This document shows, piece by piece, positions 34,290 to 43,132 of a stretch of 64,000 bases of DNA. The stretch lies in the IMG/VR virus record IMGVR_UViG_3300042154_002208; one strand, given 5' to 3'. The position numbers and the translations under genes were made by a program. The notes under the pieces are model-generated. The model was not told where the DNA came from. It searched no databases and saw nothing but the letters and a program-made list of their open reading frames with translations. The stretch comes from a virus (lineage: Duplodnaviria; Caudoviricetes). The number at the start of each line of letters is the position of its first letter. Position 1 is the first letter of the stretch.

Positions 34290-34586
34290 ATGAATGAACT
34301 TAACAAAGATCAAGCCGCTATTCTTCAAATTTTACAAGAAGAATGCGCAGAAGTAATTCAAGCAACATCGAAAGTATTTCGATTCGGATTGTTTGATACA
34401 CATCCAAATACCCCAAGCAAAACAAATACAAACCATCTTGAAGAAGAATTGGGCGATGTTCTCGCAATGATTGAATTGCTAGATTCGCACAAAGTTATTT
34501 CTTATAGTAATGTAATTCAGTTTAAACAAAGAAAATTCGATAAGCTGCGTACTTGGTCGGAAATAGATGTAGACTACCGAGGATAA
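34290..34586 (+). CDS. MazG-like nucleotide pyrophosphohydrolase
   Basis: ILQEECAEVIQATSK and LEEELGDVLAMI (EExxE...EExxD) motifs. Confidence 0.8.
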   Translation: MNELNKDQAAILQILQEECAEVIQATSKVFRFGLFDTHPNTPSKTNTNHLEEELGDVLAMIELLDSHKVISYSNVIQFKQRKFDKLRTWSEIDVDYRG

Positions 34587-34592
34587 CCAAAC

Positions 34593-34624
34593 GCCTGAGT
34601 GGTGAAATAGGTAGACACAAAGAC
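34593..34624 (+). pseudogene. 5' half remnant of a tRNA-Leu
   Basis: GCCTGAG TG GTGAAATAGGTAGACAC (Leu-type D arm) ends at the anticodon stem; no matching CTCAGGC 3' strand nearby. Confidence 0.7.
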
Positions 34625-34670
34625 ACACCTTAACTTTCCGTTTATTATAAATAATAATAAAGGAGAGTAT

Positions 34671-35138
34671 ATGATAGATGTACAAGAGTTTATAAAAGAA
34701 TCTCGAGAAGTTCGCAGATCGCATTTAGATTTAACTGAAGAATGTTGTGAACGAGGTGGAAATTCTACAAATCATAAAGGTGTTCTTGCAGAATATTTAG
34801 ATACAACTATACCATCGGGAAGAATTCTTTTATGTCATGCGTGCAATAATGGTAAATGTAGTAATCCTAAACATTTATATTGGGGCACTGATTATGATAA
34901 TATCATAATTGATGGTAAAGAATTTGGTACTCACATTTCTCCCTGGGAAAGACGAGTTGAAAAATATGGGTATGAAAAAGCTTGTGCTATGAATAGTAAA
35001 GTTGGTAATACAAATGGATCTGGCAACAAAGGTAAACCTAAGTCAGACGAACATAAAAGAAATATTGCATTAAATCGAAAAGGTGGGAAACCTAAAGGTT
35101 GGAAAAAGAACAAGGCGCCTGTAACCGAATTGGTATAG
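34671..35138 (+). CDS. HNH/His-Cys-type homing endonuclease with NUMOD3-like motif
   Basis: LCHACNNGKCSNPKHLYWGT..DN and KGKPKSDEHKRNIA motifs; own TATAAATA (34646) and SD AGGAG. Confidence 0.85.
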   Translation: MIDVQEFIKESREVRRSHLDLTEECCERGGNSTNHKGVLAEYLDTTIPSGRILLCHACNNGKCSNPKHLYWGTDYDNIIIDGKEFGTHISPWERRVEKYGYEKACAMNSKVGNTNGSGNKGKPKSDEHKRNIALNRKGGKPKGWKKNKAPVTELV

Positions 35139-35191
35139 GTATCGGACTTAAAATCCGAGTTTTGTGGGTTCGAGTCCCACCTGGCGCACCA
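35115..35191 (+). tRNA. tRNA-Leu(TAA), short variable loop
   Basis: Acceptor GCGCCTG/CTGGCGC, arm TCGGA-CTTAAAA-TCCGA, CCA end; 5' end overlaps the endonuclease stop codon. Confidence 0.9.
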
Positions 35192-35211
35192 TTTTTATAT
35201 TAAAGAAAATT

Positions 35212-35691
35212 ATGTCAATTACATTAAAAAACTTAGAAAGTGCCTTAGCCGGCGAATCTATGGCTCATATTAAATATCGTTACTTTGCACGTATTGCTCG
35301 TGACGAAGGGTTTGAAGATATTGCACAACATTTTGAGCATACTGCAGATCAAGAAATTAAACACGCATGGGGTCATTTGGATTTGCTAGTAGGCACACCA
35401 ACTACCAAAGAGTGTTTGCAACTAGCGATTATGGGTGAAACATACGAGTTCACTAAAATGTATCCTACATTCAAAGCGCAAGCTGAGCAAGAAGGTAATG
35501 CATTTGCCGCAAAAGAGATTGACCATCAGATTTCAGAATCACAAGAGCACGCTGCTCAATTTATGGAAATTATGCAAAAAGCTGAGAAGAGATTTACAGC
35601 ATTGGCAAAGGTTGAAGAACGTCATGCAAAAGCATATGAAGATTTGTTAAATAGTCTTGAATTTAAACAAGCCCTATTGGGAGGCAAATAA
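35212..35691 (+). CDS. rbr: Rubrerythrin
   Basis: LESALAGESMAHIKY, EIKHA, GETYEFTKMYP and ESQEHA di-iron motifs. Confidence 0.92.
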   Translation: MSITLKNLESALAGESMAHIKYRYFARIARDEGFEDIAQHFEHTADQEIKHAWGHLDLLVGTPTTKECLQLAIMGETYEFTKMYPTFKAQAEQEGNAFAAKEIDHQISESQEHAAQFMEIMQKAEKRFTALAKVEERHAKAYEDLLNSLEFKQALLGGK

Positions 35692-35692
35692 T

Positions 35693-35827
35693 ATGAGTGA
35701 AACACACGTATGCGTAGTTTGTGGTCACGAACACGATGAAACAATCGAAGGTAAATGGAATGATTTGCCTGCAGACTTTACCTGCCCAGAGTGTGGTGTA
35801 GGCAAAGAAGATTACGAAGTAATTTAA
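35693..35827 (+). CDS. Rubredoxin
   Basis: CVVCGH...WNDLPADFTCPECGVGKEDY; 44 aa. Confidence 0.92.
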   Translation: MSETHVCVVCGHEHDETIEGKWNDLPADFTCPECGVGKEDYEVI

Positions 35828-35833
35828 AAAGTT

Positions 35834-35910
<77 letters not shown>

Positions 35911-35916
35911 TTTTAT

Positions 35917-36312
35917 ATGATTAATATTCTTGTCAACGGCACATTCGATATTGTTCACAGAGGACATATTGAATTACTTAATTATGCTAGAGGTTGTGGT
36001 CAACAACTTATAGTCTGTATTGATTCGGATAGACGAGTTAAAGAATTAAAAGGTGATAGTAGACCTATTAATAATCAAGATGATAGAAAACATCTGTTAC
36101 AAAATTTAAGAGCAGTTAATGCTGTTCATATATTTGATTCAGCTGAAGAATTAGAAATGCTTTGTAAACAGTATTCGCCTATAATGGTTAAGGGTAGTGA
36201 TTATAAAGATAAGCCTATTGTGGGAAGTCAATATTGTAAAGAGATTAGATTTGTGGATTTGGTAAATGGATATTCAACAACAAAAACAATTCAAAATATT
36301 ATTACTCGGTGA
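35917..36312 (+). CDS. D-glycero-beta-D-manno-heptose 1-phosphate adenylyltransferase (RfaE domain II-like)
   Basis: NGTFDIVHRGH, IDSDRRVKELKGDSRPINNQDDR, VKGSDY and GYSTT motifs. Confidence 0.88.
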   Translation: MINILVNGTFDIVHRGHIELLNYARGCGQQLIVCIDSDRRVKELKGDSRPINNQDDRKHLLQNLRAVNAVHIFDSAEELEMLCKQYSPIMVKGSDYKDKPIVGSQYCKEIRFVDLVNGYSTTKTIQNIITR

Positions 36313-37018
36313 TAATTGTATTGATGTTTATCAGTATGGTGCAGTAGATCGTATCAGTCCTGAAGCACCTGTGCCTGTGTTCAAATTTTCTCACGAAGAA
36401 AAACGAGCAGGCATGGCGGGCAATGTTAAGAATAATCTAATTTCACTTGGTGCAGATGTTACATTCCTACACGGAGAAACTTCTACAAAAACTAGATTGG
36501 TTGACCTTAAAAGCAAACAACATATTGTTAGAATTGATAATGATGTTTTATCTGATGCATTTGTTTTTGATACAAGTATTCCAAAATTATATGACGCAAT
36601 AGTGATTTCCGATTATAATAAGGGAACAATTAGTTATGAGATGGTCGAAGAATTAATTGCAGACTTTAAAGGTCCAGTTTTTATTGATACAAAGAAAACG
36701 GATCTTAAAAGATTTGAAGGTGCAATCGTTAAAATTAATAGTTTAGAAAATAGTTTGGCCAAGACTTTACCTACAGAGTTAATTGTAACTATGGGTAGAT
36801 ATGGGGCACAATATAAAGATCAACAATATTCCGCACCGCACACCGAGGTGTTTGATGTTTGCGGTGCTGGAGATACATTTCTTTCAGCGTTGGTTCTTGA
36901 ATTCTTAAAGACAAACAATATGGAAAAGGCAATTGAGATTGCCAACATTGCAGCTAGTATTACAGTAAAGCATATCGGAGTATATGCACCGACATGGGAA
37001 GAAATAAATGAGGCTTGA
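36266..37018 (+). CDS. Heptose 7-phosphate kinase (RfaE domain I-like, PfkB)
   Basis: RISPEAPVPV, GMAGNV, ISDYNKG and VFDVCGAGDTF motifs. Confidence 0.88.
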   Translation: MDIQQQKQFKILLLGDNCIDVYQYGAVDRISPEAPVPVFKFSHEEKRAGMAGNVKNNLISLGADVTFLHGETSTKTRLVDLKSKQHIVRIDNDVLSDAFVFDTSIPKLYDAIVISDYNKGTISYEMVEELIADFKGPVFIDTKKTDLKRFEGAIVKINSLENSLAKTLPTELIVTMGRYGAQYKDQQYSAPHTEVFDVCGAGDTFLSALVLEFLKTNNMEKAIEIANIAASITVKHIGVYAPTWEEINEA

Positions 37019-37364
37019 GGGGTTTGTTAAAAAAGGTTGGGGTCACGAATTAATCTGGGCTACTAACGATAAGTATTGCGGCAAGTTGATGAAGTTCAAC
37101 AAAGGTGCAAAATTTAGTATGCACTTTCATTCTGAAAAAGATGAATCATGGTATGTACTTGACGGGTTATTCTTTGTTAAATGGATTGATACCAAAACAG
37201 CCAAAGAACAAATTAAGTATCTTAAGCAAGGCGATACTTGGCACAATCCCCCATGCTTACCTCATCAATTGGTTTGTCAGGAAGAAGGTACTATCATTGA
37301 AGTTAGTACACCGGATTCGGTAGAAGATAATTATAGAGTTGCACCTGGAGATAGTCAGGCATGA
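37008..37364 (+). CDS. Cupin (sugar isomerase-like)
   Basis: VKKGWGHE, SMHFHSEKDESWYV, PHQL and EVSTPD motifs. Confidence 0.8.
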   Translation: MRLEGFVKKGWGHELIWATNDKYCGKLMKFNKGAKFSMHFHSEKDESWYVLDGLFFVKWIDTKTAKEQIKYLKQGDTWHNPPCLPHQLVCQEEGTIIEVSTPDSVEDNYRVAPGDSQA

Positions 37365-37669
37365 AGTACATTGTAGATATAGATGGAACAATCTGTTCGG
37401 TTGTTCTTAATGATGATAAGAGTGTGAATTATGATAAAACACAACCACATAAAGATAGAATTGAAAAAATTAATAAGTTATTTGATGAAGGACATGAAAT
37501 AACTTATTGGACAGCTAGAGGTTCTGCTTCTGGAGTTGATAGATCAGAATTAACTAAAAAACAGATGACAGAATGGGGAGCAAAATACCATAAGCTAGTA
37601 TTTTATAAACCCGTTTATGATATTTGGATTGATGATAAAGCTGTAAACAGCGAGGTATATTTCAAATGA
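37361..37669 (+). CDS. Small HAD-superfamily phosphatase
   Basis: DIDGTIC, YWTARG and KPVYDIWIDDKA motifs. Confidence 0.8.
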   Translation: MKYIVDIDGTICSVVLNDDKSVNYDKTQPHKDRIEKINKLFDEGHEITYWTARGSASGVDRSELTKKQMTEWGAKYHKLVFYKPVYDIWIDDKAVNSEVYFK

Positions 37670-38445
37670 AAATATTACTAACAGGTCATAGAGGATTTAT
37701 TGGTTCTAGACTATTGACGGCCTTGCGTGATCGAGGTGATGATGTTGAAACGTATGAATTTGACGATGGCGTAAGACCCGGCGTTATGGATTTTGAATGG
37801 GTTATTCATGCTGGTGCCATCAGTTCAACAACCGAAAAAGATATTGATAAAGTACTAAGACAAAATTACGAATTCTCCATGGACTTATACGACGAGTGTA
37901 AAACATTCGGAGTTAATTTACAGTATTCTAGTTCTGCTAGTGTGTATGGATTGAATAAAGAGTTTTGTGAAAATTCTCCGTTGGATCCAAGAACGCCTTA
38001 TGCTTGGTCAAAGTATTTGTTTGAAAGATATGTAAAACAACATCATCATGATAGTCCCATTGTGCAAGGATTTAGATATTTTAATGTATGGGCTTGGGAA
38101 GGTGAAGAACATAAAGGCAATCAGGCAAGCCCATTTGCTCAGTTTAAGAAACAAGCCATAGAAACAGGTAAGATTAAATTATTTGAGAATAGTGAAAATT
38201 ATCGTAGAGATTTTGTTCATGTGAAATCTATTGTGGATTATCATTTAAAGTTTTTAGAATCAAGTAGATCTGGAATCTTTAATATGGGCACAGGTAAAAC
38301 TATGAGTTTTTATGATGTTGCGGATATGGTTGCAGAAGAATATCATGCGGAGATTGAAATTATTCCGATGCCAGAAATTTTAAAGGCAAGTTATCAGGAG
38401 TATACTTGTGCAGATATGCGCAAGACAAATGAAGTAATATTGTAA
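37666..38445 (+). CDS. hldD: ADP-L-glycero-D-manno-heptose 6-epimerase
   Basis: TGHRGFIGS, HAGAISSTTE, YSSSASVYG, YAWSKYLFE, FRYFNV, RDFVHV and YQEYTCAD motifs. Confidence 0.85.
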   Translation: MKILLTGHRGFIGSRLLTALRDRGDDVETYEFDDGVRPGVMDFEWVIHAGAISSTTEKDIDKVLRQNYEFSMDLYDECKTFGVNLQYSSSASVYGLNKEFCENSPLDPRTPYAWSKYLFERYVKQHHHDSPIVQGFRYFNVWAWEGEEHKGNQASPFAQFKKQAIETGKIKLFENSENYRRDFVHVKSIVDYHLKFLESSRSGIFNMGTGKTMSFYDVADMVAEEYHAEIEIIPMPEILKASYQEYTCADMRKTNEVIL

Positions 38446-38447
38446 AT

Positions 38448-38521
38448 GCGGGGTTCGTATAGTGGTAATACCTTAGCCTTCCAAGCTAAAGCGAGGAGTT
38501 CGATTCTCCTACCCCGCTCCA
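38448..38521 (+). tRNA. tRNA-Gly(TCC)
   Basis: Acceptor GCGGGGT/ACCCCGC, loop CTTCCAA, U73, CCA end. Confidence 0.94.
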
Positions 38522-38530
38522 GGAATAAAA

Positions 38531-39001
38531 ATGAAATTCGATTTCGTAAAAATTAAAGAGTATATTGATGCTCAAGGTCCAGATACAAAAATTTATATTG
38601 GTTGCGATTCAGAACGTTTCCGTAAAAATGATATGTGGTTTGCCGATTATACTTTGGCAATTGTAGTTCATATTGATGGTAAGCATGGTTGTAAAATTTT
38701 TGGAGAAGTTCAAACCGAAAAAGATTATGACCAGCGTAAAAACAAACCCCGTATGCGTTTGATGAATGAAGTAATCAAAATTGCAAATTTATATCTTGAA
38801 TTGGAAAAACTAATTGATGATAGACCAATTGAAGTTCATTTAGATATTAACCCAGATGAAATGTTTGGCTCTTCTTGCGTTGTAGGTGAAGCCATTGGGT
38901 ATATTAAGGGTATGTGTAATGTGGTTCCTTTTGTCAAACCAAAAGCATTCGCGGCAACATACTGTGCAGATCGTTTAAAAGAAATCGTAAAGGTAGCATA
39001 A
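38531..39001 (+). CDS. RNase H-like YkuK/DUF458 family protein
   Basis: IYIGCDS, RLMNEV, EVHLDIN and VKPKAFAATYCAD motifs. Confidence 0.8.
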   Translation: MKFDFVKIKEYIDAQGPDTKIYIGCDSERFRKNDMWFADYTLAIVVHIDGKHGCKIFGEVQTEKDYDQRKNKPRMRLMNEVIKIANLYLELEKLIDDRPIEVHLDINPDEMFGSSCVVGEAIGYIKGMCNVVPFVKPKAFAATYCADRLKEIVKVA

Positions 39002-39222
39002 TGTCAAATCAAATCACATCAGAAGATGCAGTTAACATGGTAGGTAATCGATATGATCTGGTGCTAATTGCATCAGCTCGCGCCAGAGAATTGCGCAAAG
39101 GATATGCACCAAAAATTGATGCAAAACATCATAAGCCAATTGTAACTGCTTTGAATGAAATTGAGCGGGGTTTAATTGGTAGAGAATATTTGAATAAGGT
39201 CAGGAAGCCACAAAAAGGCTAA
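39001..39222 (+). CDS. rpoZ: RNA polymerase omega subunit homolog
   Basis: ITSEDAVNMVGNRYDLVLIASARAREL and KPIVTALNEIERG motifs. Confidence 0.85.
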   Translation: MSNQITSEDAVNMVGNRYDLVLIASARARELRKGYAPKIDAKHHKPIVTALNEIERGLIGREYLNKVRKPQKG

Positions 39223-39230
39223 CTAAGTGC

Positions 39231-39259
39231 TTGACAGATACAGCTAAATGCTGTATAAT
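39231..39259 (+). promoter_or_regulatory. sigma70-like promoter
   Basis: TTGACA-17 nt-TATAAT. Confidence 0.8.
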
Positions 39260-39334
39260 AGTTATATACAGTAATGAAAGGTCGCCGTTACTGATATATT
39301 TTGAAGCGACTGTTTTATTTAATGGAGATATTAT

Positions 39335-39586
39335 ATGGTTAAAGACCGTGTATTAAAAGTTCTTTTGTCTGGTCGTCAATTCACACCCGCCCAATTAGCA
39401 GGTTTGACTGGCACTTCTGAGGGCAGCGTTCGTCCTCGTATCAGTGAGCTTCGTTCTGAAGGTCACGCAATCTATACCAATTCTACTAAGAATGGTAAAA
39501 CAGCATATCGCTTGGGTACCCCATCCCGCACAATGGTAGCAGCAGCTTATGCTACTATGGGTAGCGATGCTTTCACTAGTATTTAA
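39335..39586 (+). CDS. Winged-helix DNA-binding protein
   Basis: FTPAQLAGLTG..SVRPRISELRSEGHAI motif. Confidence 0.75.
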   Translation: MVKDRVLKVLLSGRQFTPAQLAGLTGTSEGSVRPRISELRSEGHAIYTNSTKNGKTAYRLGTPSRTMVAAAYATMGSDAFTSI

Positions 39587-39674
39587 TTAAACTAGTCGAA
39601 CACTTCTACCATTCGAGCCACATTCGATAAAGTGTTTCCGCATGGCGTAAGCGGAATAAATTTTAAAGTATATC

Positions 39675-39965
39675 ATGCCACTATTTATCGTTGAAACTAT
39701 TACTACATTTCGTCATTACTATGCCATTGAGTGTGAGTCAGCAGAACACGCTGAAGACACAGTAGTTATGCAAGAAGCTCAAGAACTAGACCAAAAATGT
39801 TTAGGCGAGACCATTGTATCAACACGAGAAATTACTACTAAAGAATTTTATCAAATTGCAAAAGACAGTATGAACGGACATCTTGCTGAGAAAATGATTC
39901 ATAAAGTAGATTACGGTAATCACACTCAACCTAATCACGCAAGTAATGTGGATGGATATGTATAA
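39675..39965 (+). CDS. Hypothetical protein
   Basis: Clean ORF; LFIVETITTFRHYYAIE. Confidence 0.65.
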   Translation: MPLFIVETITTFRHYYAIECESAEHAEDTVVMQEAQELDQKCLGETIVSTREITTKEFYQIAKDSMNGHLAEKMIHKVDYGNHTQPNHASNVDGYV

Positions 39966-40518
39966 TTTTGAAGATCCCAAAGTTCGCAAAGAAGCAAAAC
40001 GTCTACATCAGATCAGACGTTTAGATGCCAGACCACTTACTGCAGATGAGGATGCCATTGCTACAGCATTTGGTAAATGGGATTATCAAAAGAAAAAAGA
40101 AAGCTTGACTCCTGAGCAAAAAGCGGCAATTAGAGTCAAAACTCGTATTGCGAATAGAGCAAAGAAAGCATCGCCTGAAAAATTCGGTATTACCGAATAC
40201 GTTGCTCTAAAGAATCGAGTTGCCGCTCATGAGAAAAAAGGTCGTAAGATGACGTTTAATCTTACTCCCCAATATATTCAGAGCAAGTTCGACGCATGCG
40301 AAGGTAAATGTGCCGTCACTAAACTTCCTTTTAGTATGGAACTTGGCACAAAGGGCAATAGAAATCCATTCCGTCCTAGCGTAGATCGTATTAACTCTAA
40401 AAAAGGGTATGTCAAAGGCAATATTCAGATTATTCTGGCAATTGTTAACACCATGAAGATGGATTATACTGATGATATACTACATCCGGTAATTAAAGCA
40501 TGGCATAAAAACATCTAA
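39955..40518 (+). CDS. HNH-like endonuclease
   Basis: CEGKCAVT, PSVDRINSKKGYVKGNIQII and VNTMK motifs. Confidence 0.75.
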   Translation, partial: DMYNFEDPKVRKEAKRLHQIRRLDARPLTADEDAIATAFGKWDYQKKKESLTPEQKAAIRVKTRIANRAKKASPEKFGITEYVALKNRVAAHEKKGRKMTFNLTPQYIQSKFDACEGKCAVTKLPFSMELGTKGNRNPFRPSVDRINSKKGYVKGNIQIILAIVNTMKMDYTDDILHPVIKAWHKNI

Positions 40519-40527
40519 TTTACACTA

Positions 40528-40551
40528 AAGCCGGCGTTAATCGCCGGTTTC
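40528..40551 (+). terminator. Terminator-like hairpin
   Basis: AAGCCGGCG TTAAT CGCCGGTTT. Confidence 0.7.
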
Positions 40552-40613
40552 CTACGAGTTCCGCAACTTTAATTTATATAAATATAAGTATAATTCGTTT
40601 CAATGGACTAAAA

Positions 40614-41963
40614 ATGCAGGCAAGACTTTCATTCAAAGCGTATAGGGCGCTTGTCGAATCTCACGATTTCTCAAATCTAACACCCTATCACCAATATAAA
40701 ACAGAAGATGGACACGATGTGCATGTGCATGTCTTTAGAGACGGTGATCATAAAACAGCAATTTTCCATAACAATACATTAGGTGCAATTACAAAGATTG
40801 TGTCTTTTCCTCACTCTTCTAATCTAAGCAAAGAAGAATTAGTCCATGCAGGAAAAGAAGTAAAGCATGATAATATTATGGAAGCGGCCGCGCCATCATT
40901 AGATGCGGATACCGCAGGCAAAGTAGCTGAAGTTGCTCTGGCAAAAGAGATGATCAACCATAAACACAAGCAAGCAGGCACATTTGGTGCTGCCGAACAT
41001 AAAAAAGAATTAAAGCCATACAACGATGAGATGATTCAATTGTCTAGCGGCAAAGATGCAGATCAAATTGCCATTAGAGAAGCTCACGGCAAAGCAATGG
41101 CAGCAGGAGTTATTAAACATATCGACGAACATCATCCTGGCGCAACAGTTACAGATGTGGGTAGAACTGCTAAACCTGGAGATATTGCTAGATTTACAAA
41201 AGGTGTTCATACTGACGGACAAGAGAATCCATCAGATGTTACTTTAAAATTAAATCACCCCGATGGAGCTGAAACATATATGGGAGTGTCCGCAAAGTCA
41301 ACGGGCAAATCTTCTGGCAATATTACTGCAAAAAATCCAGGTGTTGCGGGACAAGATGAATTTTTATCAAGTGGTCCGGCAACAAGAAAATCTAGAGCAA
41401 ATGAAATTGCTCAAGAAGGTAGAGCAGCAATTCTCAAAAAATATAAATTAGAAGGTCTGCCAGATAAGTCTACTAAAGGCGATTCAAGAAAAGCTAGAGT
41501 TACATCAGTTAATCCTGAAACAGGAAAACCCGAAATTAATGAACTCGGCAAAAAGATGAATGTAGAGTTTAAAAAGAATAATGAAGAAACTGCACGCGAA
41601 TTGCAAATACAATTAGGACACCTTGCATCATTGGGCCCTAAAGGTCACGCACATATTGGAAAATGGTTGCATAGCAATCTAGTATCTTCCGAAGGTATGC
41701 CATGGATCAAGGCAACAGGGCACGGTAAGGAAATGAATAAGGTTCATGCTGTTGTTAAGCCTGGTAGCGATTCTCCGTTAAATGCAGTATTAACAGATAA
41801 GAAGACCAGATATGCGGTTCATCGTTCCACATCTGCAGTAACAGTACACAAAGAAGAAAAAGATGGGACACATATTCCAATCGTTAGAATTGGGGCAAAA
41901 CCCAAATCACACGGGGCATATTCAAGCCAAGTATATAACTTCACACCATCGAGTAATTTCTAA
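40614..41963 (+). CDS. Late protein with PD-(D/E)xK nuclease-like motif
   Basis: TATAAATA at 40577; ENPSDVTLK...MGVSAKS. Confidence 0.55.
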   Translation: MQARLSFKAYRALVESHDFSNLTPYHQYKTEDGHDVHVHVFRDGDHKTAIFHNNTLGAITKIVSFPHSSNLSKEELVHAGKEVKHDNIMEAAAPSLDADTAGKVAEVALAKEMINHKHKQAGTFGAAEHKKELKPYNDEMIQLSSGKDADQIAIREAHGKAMAAGVIKHIDEHHPGATVTDVGRTAKPGDIARFTKGVHTDGQENPSDVTLKLNHPDGAETYMGVSAKSTGKSSGNITAKNPGVAGQDEFLSSGPATRKSRANEIAQEGRAAILKKYKLEGLPDKSTKGDSRKARVTSVNPETGKPEINELGKKMNVEFKKNNEETARELQIQLGHLASLGPKGHAHIGKWLHSNLVSSEGMPWIKATGHGKEMNKVHAVVKPGSDSPLNAVLTDKKTRYAVHRSTSAVTVHKEEKDGTHIPIVRIGAKPKSHGAYSSQVYNFTPSSNF

Positions 41964-43132
41964 TGTTATCATTTGGCACATACTTAGTTGAATCTGCGAA
42001 CGAGGAAAAGTTAACACACCTCGAACACGCAGAAGATCACCCTATTAATGCAGGGGAAGAAGGCTTTAAGCACGTATTCAATACTTTAAACGAAACACAC
42101 AATGCTTTGTTAGGCAAAAGATCAAAGGCATCTTTATCCACAAAGTATGATGGCTCGCCTAGTATTGTGTTTGGCACTCACCCGGAGTTTCCTAGATTCT
42201 TTGTTGCATCCAAATCTGCATTCAACAAGAATCCCAAATTAAATTTTACAGAATCTGATATTGAAAAGAATCATGGTCACGCACCCGGACTTGTTGCCAA
42301 ATTAAAAGCAGCTCTATACCACTTGCCTAAAGTAACTCCCAACGAAGGGGTGTTTCAAGGCGACGTAATGTATAATAAGTCGGATAAAGATGTGTCAGAC
42401 TCTGGCGGGTCATATCATTTTAAGCCTAACACAATTACATACTCTGCTAAAAAGGGCAGTGAAGAAGGGCAAAAGATCAAAGATGCTAAATTTGGTGTGG
42501 CAGTTCATACAGCATATCGTGGAGATACGCTTGAGAACATGAAGGCTGAGTATAACACCGACACTTCTAAATTTAATTCACATCCAGATGTGCACGTAGT
42601 TGATACTAAGTTTGATCCTAAGACTGCACATTATACCCCTGATGCTCAACAAGAATATCATTCTCATATGGCAAAGGCAGTTGAAGCTCACAATGATTTA
42701 CCCAATTACGATCATCTCGAAGGTCACGACGTATCATTAAAGACATATATTAATTCAACTGTGAGAGACACCTCAATACCATCGGTAGAGGGTTATAAAA
42801 AACATCTACAAGGTTCTCTGCAGAAAGACATTGACAAAGTTAAAACCGATAAAGCCAAACAAAACAAAGCTGCGGATATGAATGAAAAGTTAGATCATAT
42901 TGATACCAATAAAGATTCATTTAAAAAGACTTTGGATATTCATAAACATCTGCAAAATGCAAAAAATGTTTTGGTTAATACCATGTCAAATGCAGATTAT
43001 AAATTTCATCATAGTATTGATGGTAAAAAAGTTAAACCCGAAGGTCATGTTGCAGTATTAAACAACAGACCCACAAAACTAGTAGATAGAGCAGAATTTA
43101 GTGCAGCTAACTTTGCAGCGAGACCAAGATGA
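41963..43132 (+). CDS. Conserved T4-like protein (DUF6267-like) with KxDG motif
   Basis: LTHLEHAED, TKYDGSPSIVFG, FFVASKSAFNKNPK, FQGDVMY, PEGHV and KLVDRAEFS motifs. Confidence 0.7.
   Translation: MLSFGTYLVESANEEKLTHLEHAEDHPINAGEEGFKHVFNTLNETHNALLGKRSKASLSTKYDGSPSIVFGTHPEFPRFFVASKSAFNKNPKLNFTESDIEKNHGHAPGLVAKLKAALYHLPKVTPNEGVFQGDVMYNKSDKDVSDSGGSYHFKPNTITYSAKKGSEEGQKIKDAKFGVAVHTAYRGDTLENMKAEYNTDTSKFNSHPDVHVVDTKFDPKTAHYTPDAQQEYHSHMAKAVEAHNDLPNYDHLEGHDVSLKTYINSTVRDTSIPSVEGYKKHLQGSLQKDIDKVKTDKAKQNKAADMNEKLDHIDTNKDSFKKTLDIHKHLQNAKNVLVNTMSNADYKFHHSIDGKKVKPEGHVAVLNNRPTKLVDRAEFSAANFAARPR

Noticed and set aside
34593-35191. Group I intron in the tRNA-Leu anticodon loop
   Set aside because: The downstream tRNA is complete with its own 5' half, its 3' acceptor strand does not pair with the upstream fragment, and no P3-P7 core is visible.
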